Below, one piece after another: positions 1 to 11,738 of a DNA stretch of 64,000 bases. Origin of the DNA: Pseudogymnoascus verrucosus (taxonomy: Eukaryota); the NCBI GenBank assembly GCA_001662655.1, contig KV460221.1; one strand, written 5' to 3'. Below the pieces are notes generated by a model that was given only the letters and a program-made list of their open reading frames with translations, searched no databases and was not told the DNA's origin. Positions within the stretch are counted from its first letter, which is position 1; the number at the start of each line of letters is the position of its first letter. Made by a program: the position numbers and the translations under genes.

Positions 1-345
1 ATTTGTGTCAACCCTCTTGCACACCACCTTCTACACTACTTTTTACATAACTTTCTACTTCCACCTATATTTATACCAAGGCACCACAACTGCACCACTG
101 CTCTAGAAGGTGAAGTGTATTCCTACCAACCTTGCTGCAGACAACCCCATAGGTAAGACAAGAGTCCATGCCTCACTTCTTGACCCTCAAGCCCTTGTAG
201 CCTAGCCCTTTGGGGACTTTTGGTCTGCACTATAAATTGATCAAAAGCACATCACATGCTACTGGCTTCCGGACTCTCAGAGGCAACAACCTCACATCAT
301 TTTGTATGTAGGTTGCAACACAACTGCAACCAATGGGCTATGGCT
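1..345. mobile_element. Possible degenerate repeat/transposon relic (CpG-depleted), truncated by window edge
   Basis: Essentially no CG dinucleotide in the first ~268 nt while CA/TG/TA are frequent, unlike neighbouring DNA. No recognisable ORF or terminal repeat; compositional evidence only. Confidence 0.25.
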
Positions 346-810
346 GACCCTCCGTGGGTTATCTGAGCGATTTCACTCTGTTTCGAAAATGAATTTCATT
401 GGGTTCTACAGTTCAATCCACCTTCCAAGTCAACCTCGATATGGCTTGTAGGGATACCACGCAGGCTCATCTGTGTGCATCCCTTACACCAGCACTCGAC
501 TTCACTTGTCTCTTTCAGTGCTCTGTTTTCAAGGCTTTTTTTATGAAGCACCAATCCACTTAGCGGCCAAATGCGAGCCCTCTGCTGTGTCGGTGCTTCG
601 TCTCCCTTTGTTCAAGGCGTATTCTTTTCAACCCTGTTCACGTGCTCTTTGTCGGAGCACCTACTTCTTTCCTGGGATGAAGATCTTACATTTAAGATTA
701 TCGGTCATAAATAACAGCGACTCTTGCTTATTCTCCTGCAATACAATGGCTAACTTGGATGAGCAGGTCAGTCTTGGGACAGAAGGCACAACTGTGCCCA
801 AAGGCCAACC

Positions 811-2651
811 ATGCCGCCACAAAGACCCCTAAGCTCATCTAATCCGTCATCTTCCTTGATGGTCTCTCAAGATGACTACGTCCCGCCAGTCAAATATGAC
901 CCAAGCGTCCGTGTCAAAGCAGAGAGGGTAGAGAGCCCCACTGCCGTTGGCGATAATGATGATGATGATTTCGAAGATGTCGACGATGAGGCAGAAGGGC
1001 TTCTTGCCGATGCTGATGGAGTCCCTATGTACTCTGATGCCGACTTCAAGATACGCCAAGTCGCATCCCCATTTATCGTTCAGCGTACACTCGTGAGTCT
1101 ATATAGTATGTCCCTTGCCATATCCATACTCCATGTAATACTGACACGTAAGCAGACTTGAGCAAGACGAAATACCTGAAGCTGGACCCTGAGTATCAGC
1201 GAGATGTGGTCTGGGATGAGACGAGGTCGTCAGGCCTAATTGCCTCTGTCCTGCAAGGCTACTTCATTCCCCCCATAATCTTCAACGTGCTTGAAGAATG
1301 GGAGACGTCGGATAACGGCGAAGAAGTAATGCGACATTGCCGGATTTGTGTTGATGGAAAGCAACGTCTCACGTCACTTCAGAAATTCATGGAGGGCAAA
1401 ATCGGGGTGTCTGACTCGTCGCATCCACCGAAGAAGTGGTATTTCTGCCACCCAAAGGTCGGCGGTGTTGAAAAGCAATCAAACCACAATATCCTGCCGC
1501 TGAATACAAAGAAGTTTTTCGAGTCACGAATGTTCTGCTGCTATGAATACCAGAAACTGACGCCTTCTGTTGAAGAGACGATGTTCCAGCTCGTCCAACG
1601 CGGGATGCCACTTACCCCAGCTGAAAAGATGCGTGCCATGTCGACACCATGGGCAAATTTCGCAAAGCAGTATGAGAGCGATTACCCAGCCGTCCTATCT
1701 CTAGGTAGACAGAGTAGGGCCTCGGGCTTCCGTCAGATCATGTCAATATTCTGCCAGATCATGGAAGTCATGTCTCCAAGCGGCGACAAGAAAAAGAACA
1801 GAGAAGGAGCAGGATGGAAGCCAACTTACCAAGCCACCCCATCAAACCTTACAAAGCTTCTTATGGATACGCCATCCCTAAACGAAAGCGTGAAGAGAAA
1901 GTTCAAGAGGGTTTTCGACAAATATGCCGAGCTCATCGCATCGTGCTCAGAGCCAGATAAGGGTTCTCCCACCGGACTCGCGATCAAGAAGGACAGTTGC
2001 TTTGCACCCGCTCCGGAGGGCCTAAGGAACAGAGGGGTCACCCATGTCAAGACCTTTTCACCGCTCGAGGTTGTCGCCACCTCCATCTTGCTCCTCCGCC
2101 ATATGGACGATAGAACTAACCAGATGCTCCAAGGCGACATCATGGAAATGCGCGTCTACCTCCGTCAGAAGAACAAAGACCTGCGGCTGAACAACACATG
2201 CTGGGCTGATTCCTACCAATTCATCGATGTCGACTTGATCCAGCTCCGCGGTGGAGCAGGGGCGTCGAGACGACGTGCGGCGGCTCCTGTGCCACAGGAA
2301 AACCTTCCAATTGAAATCGATAGCGACACTCCCGATAATCAAGCGGGCCGACGCACCTCCGCACGCAGAAATACAGATGCGTCATCCGCGCTGCCAATGC
2401 GTGGAGTAGATCAAAATGATGGTGTAAGGTCCACTCGGTCAGGGAGAGTGGGCATGAGCTCCTTGACGGCTTCGATTGCGAACGGCAGTCCGATAATGAC
2501 GAACGGCGGGGTATTCAGTCCGGAGCCTGGATGGGAGGCACCGATGGCTCCGATGGCTCCGATGATACAGACGATCAAGCCTCGGAAGCGTCTCCATGAA
2601 TCTGATGGCAATGCTGCCCCTAGTATGAGGCGTGTTCGGCCGAGAGATTAA
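811..2651 (+). CDS. DUF262 (GmrSD N-terminal / ParB-like NTPase) domain protein, ~596 aa; join(811..1105,1156..2651)
   Basis: GTATGT..CTGAC..CAG intron 1106-1155 joins the two ORFs in frame. Motifs LDPEYQRDVVW, GYFIPPIIF and CVDGKQRLTS match the DUF262 QR/DGQQR signatures. Start codon uncertain (ATG 746 possible). Confidence 0.8.
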
Positions 2652-2740
2652 GGTGTTGATCTTTTGATCTCAGCCTGCGCTGCTGTTGGGAGTTACGAAG
2701 TTATGAGCCACATTCGAGCTATGATATTCATGGACTCCAA

Positions 2741-2840
2741 GCGCTATATCGCGAGCCTTCGCGCTGTCTCGCGGTCCATTGCGCTATCCCGCAATCTTTC
2801 GCGATCTTCCGCGGTTTTTCGCGGTTTTTCGCACTCCTTT
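2741..2840. repeat. Degenerate 10-bp tandem repeat, 10 units (consensus ~GCGNTNTTTC)
   Basis: gcgctatatc gcgagccttc gcgctgtctc gcggtccatt gcgctatccc gcaatctttc gcgatcttcc gcggtttttc gcggtttttc gcactccttt, in exact 10-nt register. Confidence 0.75.
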
Positions 2841-3649
2841 CCAGTCCTGGAACAGGGTTTTCCTTTCGCCTGATCTTTTCAGCACTCTGCAAATAATAAT
2901 CACATAAAGCCATAGACACATACCCAATCTACTTTCCCGCTTTTTGGTTTAGCTTTTGCAAATCCGACATAACCGCCTTTCTATCTACATACTCAGATTA
3001 CAACAATGCAACGATTTACGAAAACGATTACGTTGCCATCGGAGTCCGCCGCGATACACAGCTTGCATGTGCAAGACATTTATGCACCCTCGGGCTTTTC
3101 ATTACTTCCATCTTTGGTTTCCCGGTTCCTCATGCATGTTTGCCTGGTTTTTGCTCGAAGAGAGCCGTTTGGGTGCTTGATGGCTTGTTGCCATGGAATG
3201 ATCGACGTGTTGGACGCTAATGGAGAGAGAAACGTTGCGGGTGGGGTGGAAGGAATAGCTTATTATCGCGTTGCGAATGCATGGCTTTCAAAGATAATAC
3301 TCCGTTGTAATATTCTGTGTGCTTCTGAACATGCCGTGTCTTTCTTGACAAAACTCCCACAAATCTCCCAGGTATCTTAACTCCATTTGCCACCAACCCC
3401 TCCCCCAATTTCGCCCCCCTGTAGGCAATGGTTTCTCCCGCACCCCCAACATCCGCCCCTTGTGTAATGATTCATCCCACGCCCTGGGCTCAGCTATCCC
3501 TGACCGCCACTTTGTGATATCAAATACACCGTGGCTCACACACCTCCCATCACGTCGGCGTCGCACAGCCATCCCTCTATTCATTGTCAACCAGTCTCCC
3601 GGGCCCTCCCTTTACTCGAGTATGAAATATCCCTTCCATCCCCTCCCGC

Positions 3650-4100
3650 TCACGTATCCCCCGCCTGCGACCCCTCCTGTCCACCCCCCGCCACAGTCTC
3701 CTCCCCCAACACCTTCGAGGCAGCCATAAATCTATCACTTATATTAGCTCCCATTCCAGCCTCCTGCGCCCCCCAACAAAGAAAATAGAAAAACTCACAA
3801 CCCCCCATGCCACCCCCCCAGCCCCCGTACACACTCAGCCTGCACACTCGTCATGCGCACCAGATTCTCGAGATCCGCCAGGTTGGCGCTCAGCTGCGCC
3901 AGTTGCGCGTGGAGGTGGGACTGTGGCGCGGGAATGTCAGCGAGATGCTAGTGCTAAATACTACGCGCTCATTCCAGACGAGTCGGGGGGGGTTCGGAGG
4001 GGAAGATCGGGGCGGTGGGGGGGGGACGTACGAGTTGACGCGGCTTGATGCTGCTGGGTGCTGTGCTCAGGCGCGGGGGCCCGCGTGAGGAGGATGCCAT
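3650..4100 (-). CDS. HSK3: DASH/Dam1 kinetochore complex subunit Hsk3, 90 aa; complement(join(3650..3731,3799..3920,4032..4100))
   Basis: Spliced product MASSSRGPPRLSTAPSSIKPRQL-SHLHAQLAQLSANLADLENLVRMTSVQAECVRGLGGWHGGL-FMAASKVLGEE... matches the Hsk3 coiled-coil motif. Canonical GTACGT/GTGAGT donors with CTGAC/CTAAT branch sites. Confidence 0.85.
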
Positions 4101-5717
4101 TCCTTGCTTCGATTGGGGTGCCCTGTGCGCGTCGTCGTAAGTGTTCGATATGTGGTTTTAAATGTTCGTGCCTATGATATTGACGGTAGTGGTGGCGGCG
4201 ATCGTGAGGCTCTCGACTGTTTACTCCGAGAGTTCGTTCAGTGCAATGTGGGGTTGGGACGCGATTGGAGCGTGGGTATGTTTGTGGTCGTTCGTCGTTG
4301 GCGGGGCGGCAGGGGTTGCGTTGAGCTTGCTTGGGGTTTGGAGCTGGCCCGGGATGCTGCAGTGGGACAGACATGTAACCTTCGGTTAGCCCCCTCTCAG
4401 CTTCGTAGCCTTGTTGGTTGCGTACCGACATGATGGCAAGTTATACAAGTACAAAACGATGAGTTTGAAGCAACGGATATATGAAGCACAAGAATGAAGT
4501 ATGGGCGTATGAGTATACGAGCATGAATTACGAGTACGAGCAGCGTACTACAAACTACTCGTGCTCGTGCTCGTGCTCCTAACTCGCGGCAGACCGATAC
4601 TCTACTCTACTCTACTCTATGTTTAGAGTGCTTTTAGACAATGTCGTGCACCCCTCTCGTAATGCTGCTCTTCCGACTGGCTGCACAACGACGTTTCGAG
4701 GAGAGTTACATGCATCGGACCGCCTGGTGATCTGGGACGAGTCCGATATGCGTTGAGAAACGAAGGTGCAGTAATACTGCAACGTCCTCGCACTCGCATT
4801 CGGGTTCGCACGAGCCGGCCGATCGATATGCGGGCTAATATATACCGCAGGTATCTAGACTACTCTATCTAAACCGTCCCCGCCTGGACAAATTCGGTGT
4901 CACCCCGAACCAATGTGAACCTCGTCCTGCCGTCTTCCTGTATAATTTATGGAATTATGAAAATATTATCCTCCTTGGTCTCGCGTGGACGATGTTGTGC
5001 CTCCTCTCGGGAGAGAGCCAGCCCGAGTCAACTAAGGGGGGTTGAGACATATTTACATATAGACAGACATATTGACATATTGACACGACCACGGAGGCAA
5101 AGCAGGATTTTGTGACACAACATCTCATATTGCCCATCTCATCCGAATGGGGGCAGGTATTGTTTGGTTAAAGTGCCTCCGCAGAACGAACTGCACTGGC
5201 CAAGCCAGCCACCGGGCACTAGCAGCGCCCACAACGTCCACTAAAGGAATATCGCGGCGGATCCCTACTTAGTAGATGAGCCATTCTCGACGGGGCTATT
5301 ACTCCGCAGAGCGTCATCTGATGGCGACTCTAGGATGGAGAACCATGTGTGGCATGCAGATCTGGCCCAAATGAAACCAACGATGTTCAAAGCTGCTCTG
5401 TCGCGGATTTCGTACTCGGACATTGCCTGATCGGCGCATTCTTGCGAGGAAGATGTCTGGGCAATTAGTGATGGGAGGTAAGACATATTTAAACAGCACA
5501 TCCAATGTGTCTCCTTATGAAGCGTCTATTGTCCCTGTTCTCTGTCTCACCTCGTCATCGATCTTGTGTGTCTCATCTCATACTTTCTTGCTCATCCCTT
5601 ATCTTGCCCCGTGGCCGCTGGCCCTACCATAAAACTCTATTTTACTCTACGCTGTGGTGGAGATTAAATATACACAGATCTGCAGTTGTGTAGAAGGTCA
5701 ACTCACACCCTTTCAAC

Positions 5718-7468
5718 ATGTTTGTCGATGCCCTCAAGGACTTCGCGGCTGAGTCCCCCGCTGCAGCAAGTTTTGCATGCGTTCTTCTCGTCGTCTCTCT
5801 CATATACTATTTCGTCCAGCGCCCGCAGCGGCTTAACTTCCCTGTTGTCGAGCTGGGCGATGACTTAGGCTATGATCGAGCTCTTGATGAGGGCTTCTCA
5901 AAGGTAAGTCTACACAGAGCTATCAGACGCAGGATTGGGCATTGGTGCTAACACCTCCATGAAGTATCCCGATTCGCCGTTTGTCCTCCCAACCAACCCG
6001 CCGATGGTTATTCTACCACACGCATGTGTGAATGAAGTCAAGTCCCTACCAGAAAACAAAGTATCATTCATGAAAGATGTCCAGCATATGTTTACTAGCA
6101 AGGTAACTGGCATTGGCGAGGAATCACATGAGATCCTCTCTGCCGTTAAGATCGACCTTACCAGGCACCTCGCCAGCGTCCTCGATGGACTCCAGGATGA
6201 GACTCGCTATGCTATCAACTCCGAATTTGGCCCATGCGAAGACTGGACGCCGCAGCCCGTATATTTCAAGCTCACCCGGATAGTCGCTCTTCTCAGCGGC
6301 CGCGTCTTCGTTGGTCGGCCTCTAAGCCGCGATGAAGCGTGGCTGAAAGCAACGATCAACTACACGTGGGCTTGCATCCAGGCCTCCGATGCCTGCAAAA
6401 GATACAGCCCATACATCCGCAACATCGTCGGTCCCTACCTAAAGGAAGTCAAGGACCTGAAGAAGCACCGACAGGACGGTGCGGACTTGTTGCAGCCTCT
6501 CCTTAATGATCTCCTCGAGAGGGAGGCCAGTGAGAAACCCGGGTTGAACGGATTCGACGATCAGCAGGGAACGTTCTGTTCATGGGTTCTGAAGTACACT
6601 GCTGAGAAGGACCGCGCGAGCGCACTGAACTTGGCCAACTCCCAGATGTCCCGTGAGTATATTGTCCCCCACGTCCGGCTGCCCGTTTACTAATCGCCTA
6701 TCTAGTATCATTTGCAGCTATTCACACCAGCTCTATGGCACTCTCGCAAGTGGTCTTTGATCTCGCTGCACGTCCTGAGTACATCAAGGGTCTCCGTGAG
6801 GAGATCAAAGAGGTCCTCGCCGAAGACGGCTACGACATCGATGGCGATGGATTCACGAAGCTAAAGAAGTCCTCCTACACCAAGCTCCGCAAGCTCGACA
6901 GCTTCCTCAAAGAAAGCCAAAGACTCTCACCTCCCGGCATCAGTTTGTCCCCCCACCCTCTCAAACCACTCCCATTCTAACAAAACCCCCAGCCTCCATG
7001 CAGCGCGTCACCACCGCCCCGCTTACCCTCTCCACCGGCCATACTATCCCCACCAACACGCGCTTCGCCTTCGCCTCCGAAGCCATCCACCGCTCCACCC
7101 GCACCACCACCTTCTCACCCGAATACAACCCCGCCTCCTACGCCCCGCCCTCCGTCTTCGACGGCCTGCGCTTCTACAAGCTGCGCGAGATGCCCGGCAA
7201 GGAGAATCGTCACCAGTTCGTCACGACGGGGGAGGATAGTTTGTCCTTCGGTCACGGGATTCATGCGTGTCCGGGGAGGTTCTTTGCTAGTAATGAGATT
7301 AAGGTTGTGCTTATTGAGTTGTTGAGGAATTGGGATGTGAGGTTGAAGGGGGATACGAAGAGGGAGGGGGGAGATAGGCCGCCGAGCTTTATTAAGGAGA
7401 GTGCGTGTGTGCCGAATATGCAGGCGGTGTTGGAGTTTAGGAAGTTGAGGAGCGAGGAGTGCGTGTAG
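5718..7468 (+). CDS. Cytochrome P450 monooxygenase (ent-kaurene-oxidase/secondary-metabolism type), ~528 aa; join(5718..5903,5965..6652,6706..6942,6993..7468)
   Basis: N-terminal TM anchor, I-helix FAAIHTS, ExxR (KESQR), FDGLRF, heme motif FGHGIHACPGRFFA; three in-frame canonical introns. Confidence 0.93.
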
Positions 7469-8329
7469 GTGGAGGGGATTTTGGATATGTTTGAATTTGG
7501 GAATTGTATGCGGCGCGTTTTACGCAGGCAGAGACCTGGGAATCTACGGATGTGTGGTCTGATCTATCTAGCATTTCGATTTAAACGATGCAATGAAAAT
7601 GATGATATTTTCCACACGGTATCTTCTGGCTGCATTGTTTCACTCTCACTGTTGTGACAACAGATCTTAGTGATCAATGGCTTATTTCCAAATAAAATAG
7701 ACTTGCAGCTACATGGACTCGTAGTCGTCTGCATTTGCAGGACTTTCTAACACCGAATACGATTCTCCTTGCCGTTGATGACGACTACAGCTACTTTCTT
7801 CCGCTAATACGCGTACAGTGGTCGGTATTCACCTGCCGCGTACTCTATTGATAGCGTGCCTCCACTGCTCTGCCGTCCCATTCCTACGGTGTCGATCATC
7901 TTACCGTCTACTCCCACATCTAGAACTAAACCGAACTAAGACAAAAATAACAAAACATGGCGAAGGGCATCTAAAAAACTGAACTATTAAACAGTGCGGC
8001 GACGCGCGTAGGATTTCGAGACTCAAACTTTTTACCAGGAACCCAGGAGACAAAACGCGGCAGGTTACAACGGCATTATACGTCTCCATCGCCCATTAGG
8101 AAGTTACATGTCGGCCACCACCAAATTCTTGCTGATGGATGTAAAAGTGGAATATATATTAATGGATTTCTATCCGCTACAGGTGGTATTCGTATATCAT
8201 ATCTCGTATAACAACCCATACATGCCATAGCCTAGCCAGGCCGTGTGTGGCATGCAGGTAGGTTATCCCATTAACGCCGACCCGAATGTCTGTATCCTAA
8301 CGCCCAAGCAGCCCGTTTTCAGCCTTCAC

Positions 8330-8988
8330 TCAATGGCCCTCGTAGTTCGTGGTGTACCGCCCTATCGCTAAGCTACCCAGGAATACGCCGGCGAGGACGG
8401 AGAGGAAATATCCCACGTTCATGGTCATAACCGCCAACATTCTGCGATCCGTTAGTATCAATCCACAATCACATGAGTGGGAAAGAGTGACACATACAGT
8501 AAGTATCCCACGCCCGCAATAACCGTATCCACCACCGCCCTCAACGGATCAACGCTCACCCTCCACGGTCTCGTCATCTCTCCCTTCCGCTGCACAACCA
8601 CAACCTCCTCCTCCACCCCATTCTCACTCAGCACCACGGCCTTCGCATCCTTATGCAGCGCAACCGTCTCCTTCAGACCCGGCTTCCCCGCAACCGCGAC
8701 ATAGCGGCGGTGCATCTCAGCATCGAGCCAGCGAGCTTCTTGGCGCGCCTTGAGGGCTAATAGGATCCGGAAGAGGACAGCGAGGATGATGAGGAAGATG
8801 CAGGTCCCCGCGTAGGAGCCGGTGCCTGTGGGGGTCCATGCGGTGCTGAAGAGGGGCGTGGAGGGGTCGTTTTGGAAGGTCATGACCATCGACATGGTGG
8901 AGGAGGAGCCGTGGGACATGTCCATGCCGGACATGTCGCCGGAGGAGGAGGAGGTGGGGGTGCCAGTCGCGAAGGGGTTGTCCGCCAT
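8330..8988 (-). CDS. Ctr family high-affinity copper transporter, 200 aa; complement(join(8330..8441,8498..8988))
   Basis: Met-rich N-terminus (MSGMDMSHG...MSMVM), WTP..YAGTCIFL TM1, MLAVMTMN (MxxxM) and GVFLG (GxxxG) after the GTATGT..CTAAC..CAG intron. Confidence 0.92.
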
Positions 8989-9137
8989 TGTCGCTGATTT
9001 CCGCTGTGGGTTGAATTGGAGGAAGATTCGGTCCGTCGATTCCTGCTGCGACTTTGCTGATTCGTATGAGGTATTCGAGCTCGAGTCTTTGATCGGTCTA
9101 GTCCAGTAACCACCAACTTTCCAGAGTCCGCCGTTCC

Positions 9138-9427
9138 TTATAAAGCTGCTGTGTGAGCAAGATTGCGCTCCAAAACGTGCTCAACTCGCTTATGTAGGGG
9201 GAGGGGAGGGTTGCAGAAATGTCTTAATGGGTTGCAGAAATGTCTTAATAAACCGTACGAGCAGAATATAATCAGAAGGAGAAAAGGAAAACGTGAGACG
9301 ATAAACCCTCTCCCCTTGACCACGACCTACCTTCGTGGGACCGGCCATGGCGCCGTCGCATGGCCTACGCTACCCTTACGTCTTTGTGCGGTGGTTGTGC
9401 AAAGTGTATCTCTCGCAAATGTGCTCA
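9138..9427 (-). promoter_or_regulatory. Ctr promoter: TATA element plus cluster of Mac1-type copper response elements
   Basis: TATAA on minus strand at ~9138-9143; TGCTC(A/G) cores at 9154-9161 (rc CTTGCTCA), 9176-9183 (CGTGCTCA), 9258-9265 (rc TCTGCTCG) and 9420-9427 (TGTGCTCA). Confidence 0.6.
9208..9249. repeat. 21-bp perfect tandem duplication GGGTTGCAGAAATGTCTTAAT x2
   Basis: Directly visible in sequence. Confidence 0.85.
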
Positions 9428-9620
9428 CTTAGTATCCAATGGGAGGAGCGGGATTGTTGTGGGCGGGGCGGAAGGGGCGTGCATCAGGGCGGGAATTTGG
9501 CGGCGGGTGTGCGCCAAGGGGGAGCCGCAAGGCTTGGCGCGAGGAGGGGCGGAGCGGAGGGGAAGAGGGGTTATATCAAAAGCACGGTTCTTGGTGGATG
9601 ATGGATTAAGTTCTACAGCT

Positions 9621-9762
9621 ATGAACCTTACAATGAATACGGAAAGAGCGATTGATATGACCCTTATAATGAATATGGAAGGAGCGATTGATCATCCCTT
9701 ACTATGAATATGGAAAGAGCGATTGATGTGAACTTTCAACAAATACGGAAAGAGCGATTGAC
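9621..9762. repeat. Minisatellite, 4 x 35-36 bp, core AATA(C/T)GGAA(A/G)GAGCGATTGA
   Basis: Units begin at ~9621, 9657, 9693, 9728. Confidence 0.85.
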
Positions 9763-10001
9763 ACCGCTACATATCGCCTCTAGGCTCACGAGGACAGTTA
9801 GCAGCAGGTAAGGCAAGTAAGTGTAACTATCGTTCTTGATCATAGGATATATTTCAAACTATTTTAAATAATTCCCAAGAGCGCTCCATCTCCGTCTCCT
9901 ATCAAGACTGTTCCTACAGATATCATCGCTGGAAAGCAGGTCATAAACAAATACAGACGCGCTAGGTTGTCCCCAGGCGTCATCACGATGCCGGTAACAA
10001 T

Positions 10002-11689
10002 CTACAACTTGGAAGCTGGCGATCCCGTGCCCACGCTGGTGATCTCGTTGTAGAGCAACGAGGTCAAGAAGTCGGCGTAGTCCTCACCAGTAACCTGGCC
10101 AGCGAAGTACTGTGCCGCGAGGTGGTACTTGTTGCCCTTCGATGCCTTGGAGGCCAGCTCCTCGGTCTGCTCCTTGAGAAGCTTGAGCGCGTACGCCTTG
10201 TCAACCTTCTTGCCATCAGCGGTGGAGACACCGTGGCGAACCCACTGCCACAGCTGACTGCGGCTGACCTCGGCGGTAGCGGCATCCTCCATCAGGTAGT
10301 TGATGGGGACACAGCCAACGCCACGGAGCCATCCCTCCATGTATCCGAGACCGATGTTCAGGTTCTTGCGGATACCCTCCTCGGTGATTTGGCCGGGGAC
10401 GTTCATGTTGAGCAGGTCGTTGGCGGTGATCTTGACATCCTCGCGGCGGACGAAGTACTGGTTGGGTGTGGGCATGTGCTTGTTGAAGACCTCGGATGCG
10501 ATGGATGCGAGGGCGGGGTGAGCAACCCAGGTTCCGTCGTGGCCGGCCTTGACCTCGCGGAGCTTGTCGGCGTAGACACCCTCCATGGCCTTGTCGTTGG
10601 CGGCCTTGTCGTCCTTGATAGGGATCTGGGCGGCCATTCCTCCCATGGCGGCAACCTGGCGCTTGTGGCAGGTCTGGATGAGGAGCTTGACGTAGGCGTC
10701 CATGAATGGGACGGTCATGGTGACGGCCGAACGGTCGGGGAGGATGAAGTTGGGGTTCTGGCGGAACTTCTTGATCACGCTGAAGATATAATCCCAGCGT
10801 CCGCAGTTAAGTCCGGAGCTGTGATCCCTCAACTCGAAGATGATCTCGTCCATCTCGAAGGCGGCCAGGATGGTCTCGATGAGAACGGTACCACGGATGG
10901 TGCCTCTCGACATGCCGATCTTATCTTGGGCAAGGTTGAAGACGTCATTCCACAGGCGGGCCTCGAGATGAGACTCCAGCTTTGGGAGGTAGAAGTATGG
11001 TCCATGGCCACGCTTGACGAGCTCCTTGGCGTTGTGGAAGAAGTAAAGACCGAAGTCGAAGAGGGATCCCGAGATGGGCTCACCGTCAACGGTGAAGTGC
11101 TTCTCCTCCAAGTGCCATCCTCTCGGCCTGACGATCAGAGTGGGCAGGGCGCGGTCGGTGCGGAGCTTGTACTCCTTTCCGCCGAGCTTGAAGTCCACCT
11201 GCCTGCGGATGGCATCGTAGAGGTTGACCTGGCCACCGATCATGTTGGCCCAGGTTGGGGCGCTGGAATCTGAGAACAAAGCATGTTAGTCTCGCAACTT
11301 GGCATCGGGAATAGCTGGGGCTACATACCTTCCAAATCGGCCATATAAGTCCAGACATTCGAGTTCAAGGCGTTGATGATCATTTTCCTGTCAGTTGGGC
11401 CAGTGATCTCAACTCTGCGGTCAGCCAACCCTGGTGCTGGCACTGCTGCCCTCCATGTCGCATCGTCTCTGATGTGCTTGGTCTCTGGGAGGAAATCTGG
11501 GAGAGCGCCCCTGTCAAGCTCTGCTTGCCTGATCACACGGCGGTGGAGAAGCTCTTTCCTCCTTGGGTCGAAGGATCTGTGGAGGAGGGCAAGGAAAGCG
11601 ATGGCATCTTTGGTGAGAATCTTCTTGTTGGACTCGTTGATGGTGCCAGTGATGTTGACACCCTGGATGATAGAATCAATGCTAGCCAT
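10002..11689 (-). CDS. MLS1: Malate synthase, glyoxysomal, 542 aa; complement(join(10002..11269,11329..11689))
   Basis: [54 protein letters not shown]-terminal PTS1 -SKL. Confidence 0.98.
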
Positions 11690-11738
11690 CTTTGCGAAAA
11701 TATGTGTATAGATTTGCGGTGATGAAGTTTATGGTATA

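Noticed and set aside
3961..4431. 156-aa minus-strand ORF
   Set aside because: Overlaps HSK3 exon 1 in another frame; the spliced HSK3 model explains the locus.
9621..9762. CRISPR-like repeat/spacer appearance
   Set aside because: Linkers are short and homologous to each other, no cas genes, eukaryotic context.
10122..11273. 383-aa ORF antisense to malate synthase
   Set aside because: Shadow ORF caused by strong codon bias of the real gene; no motifs.
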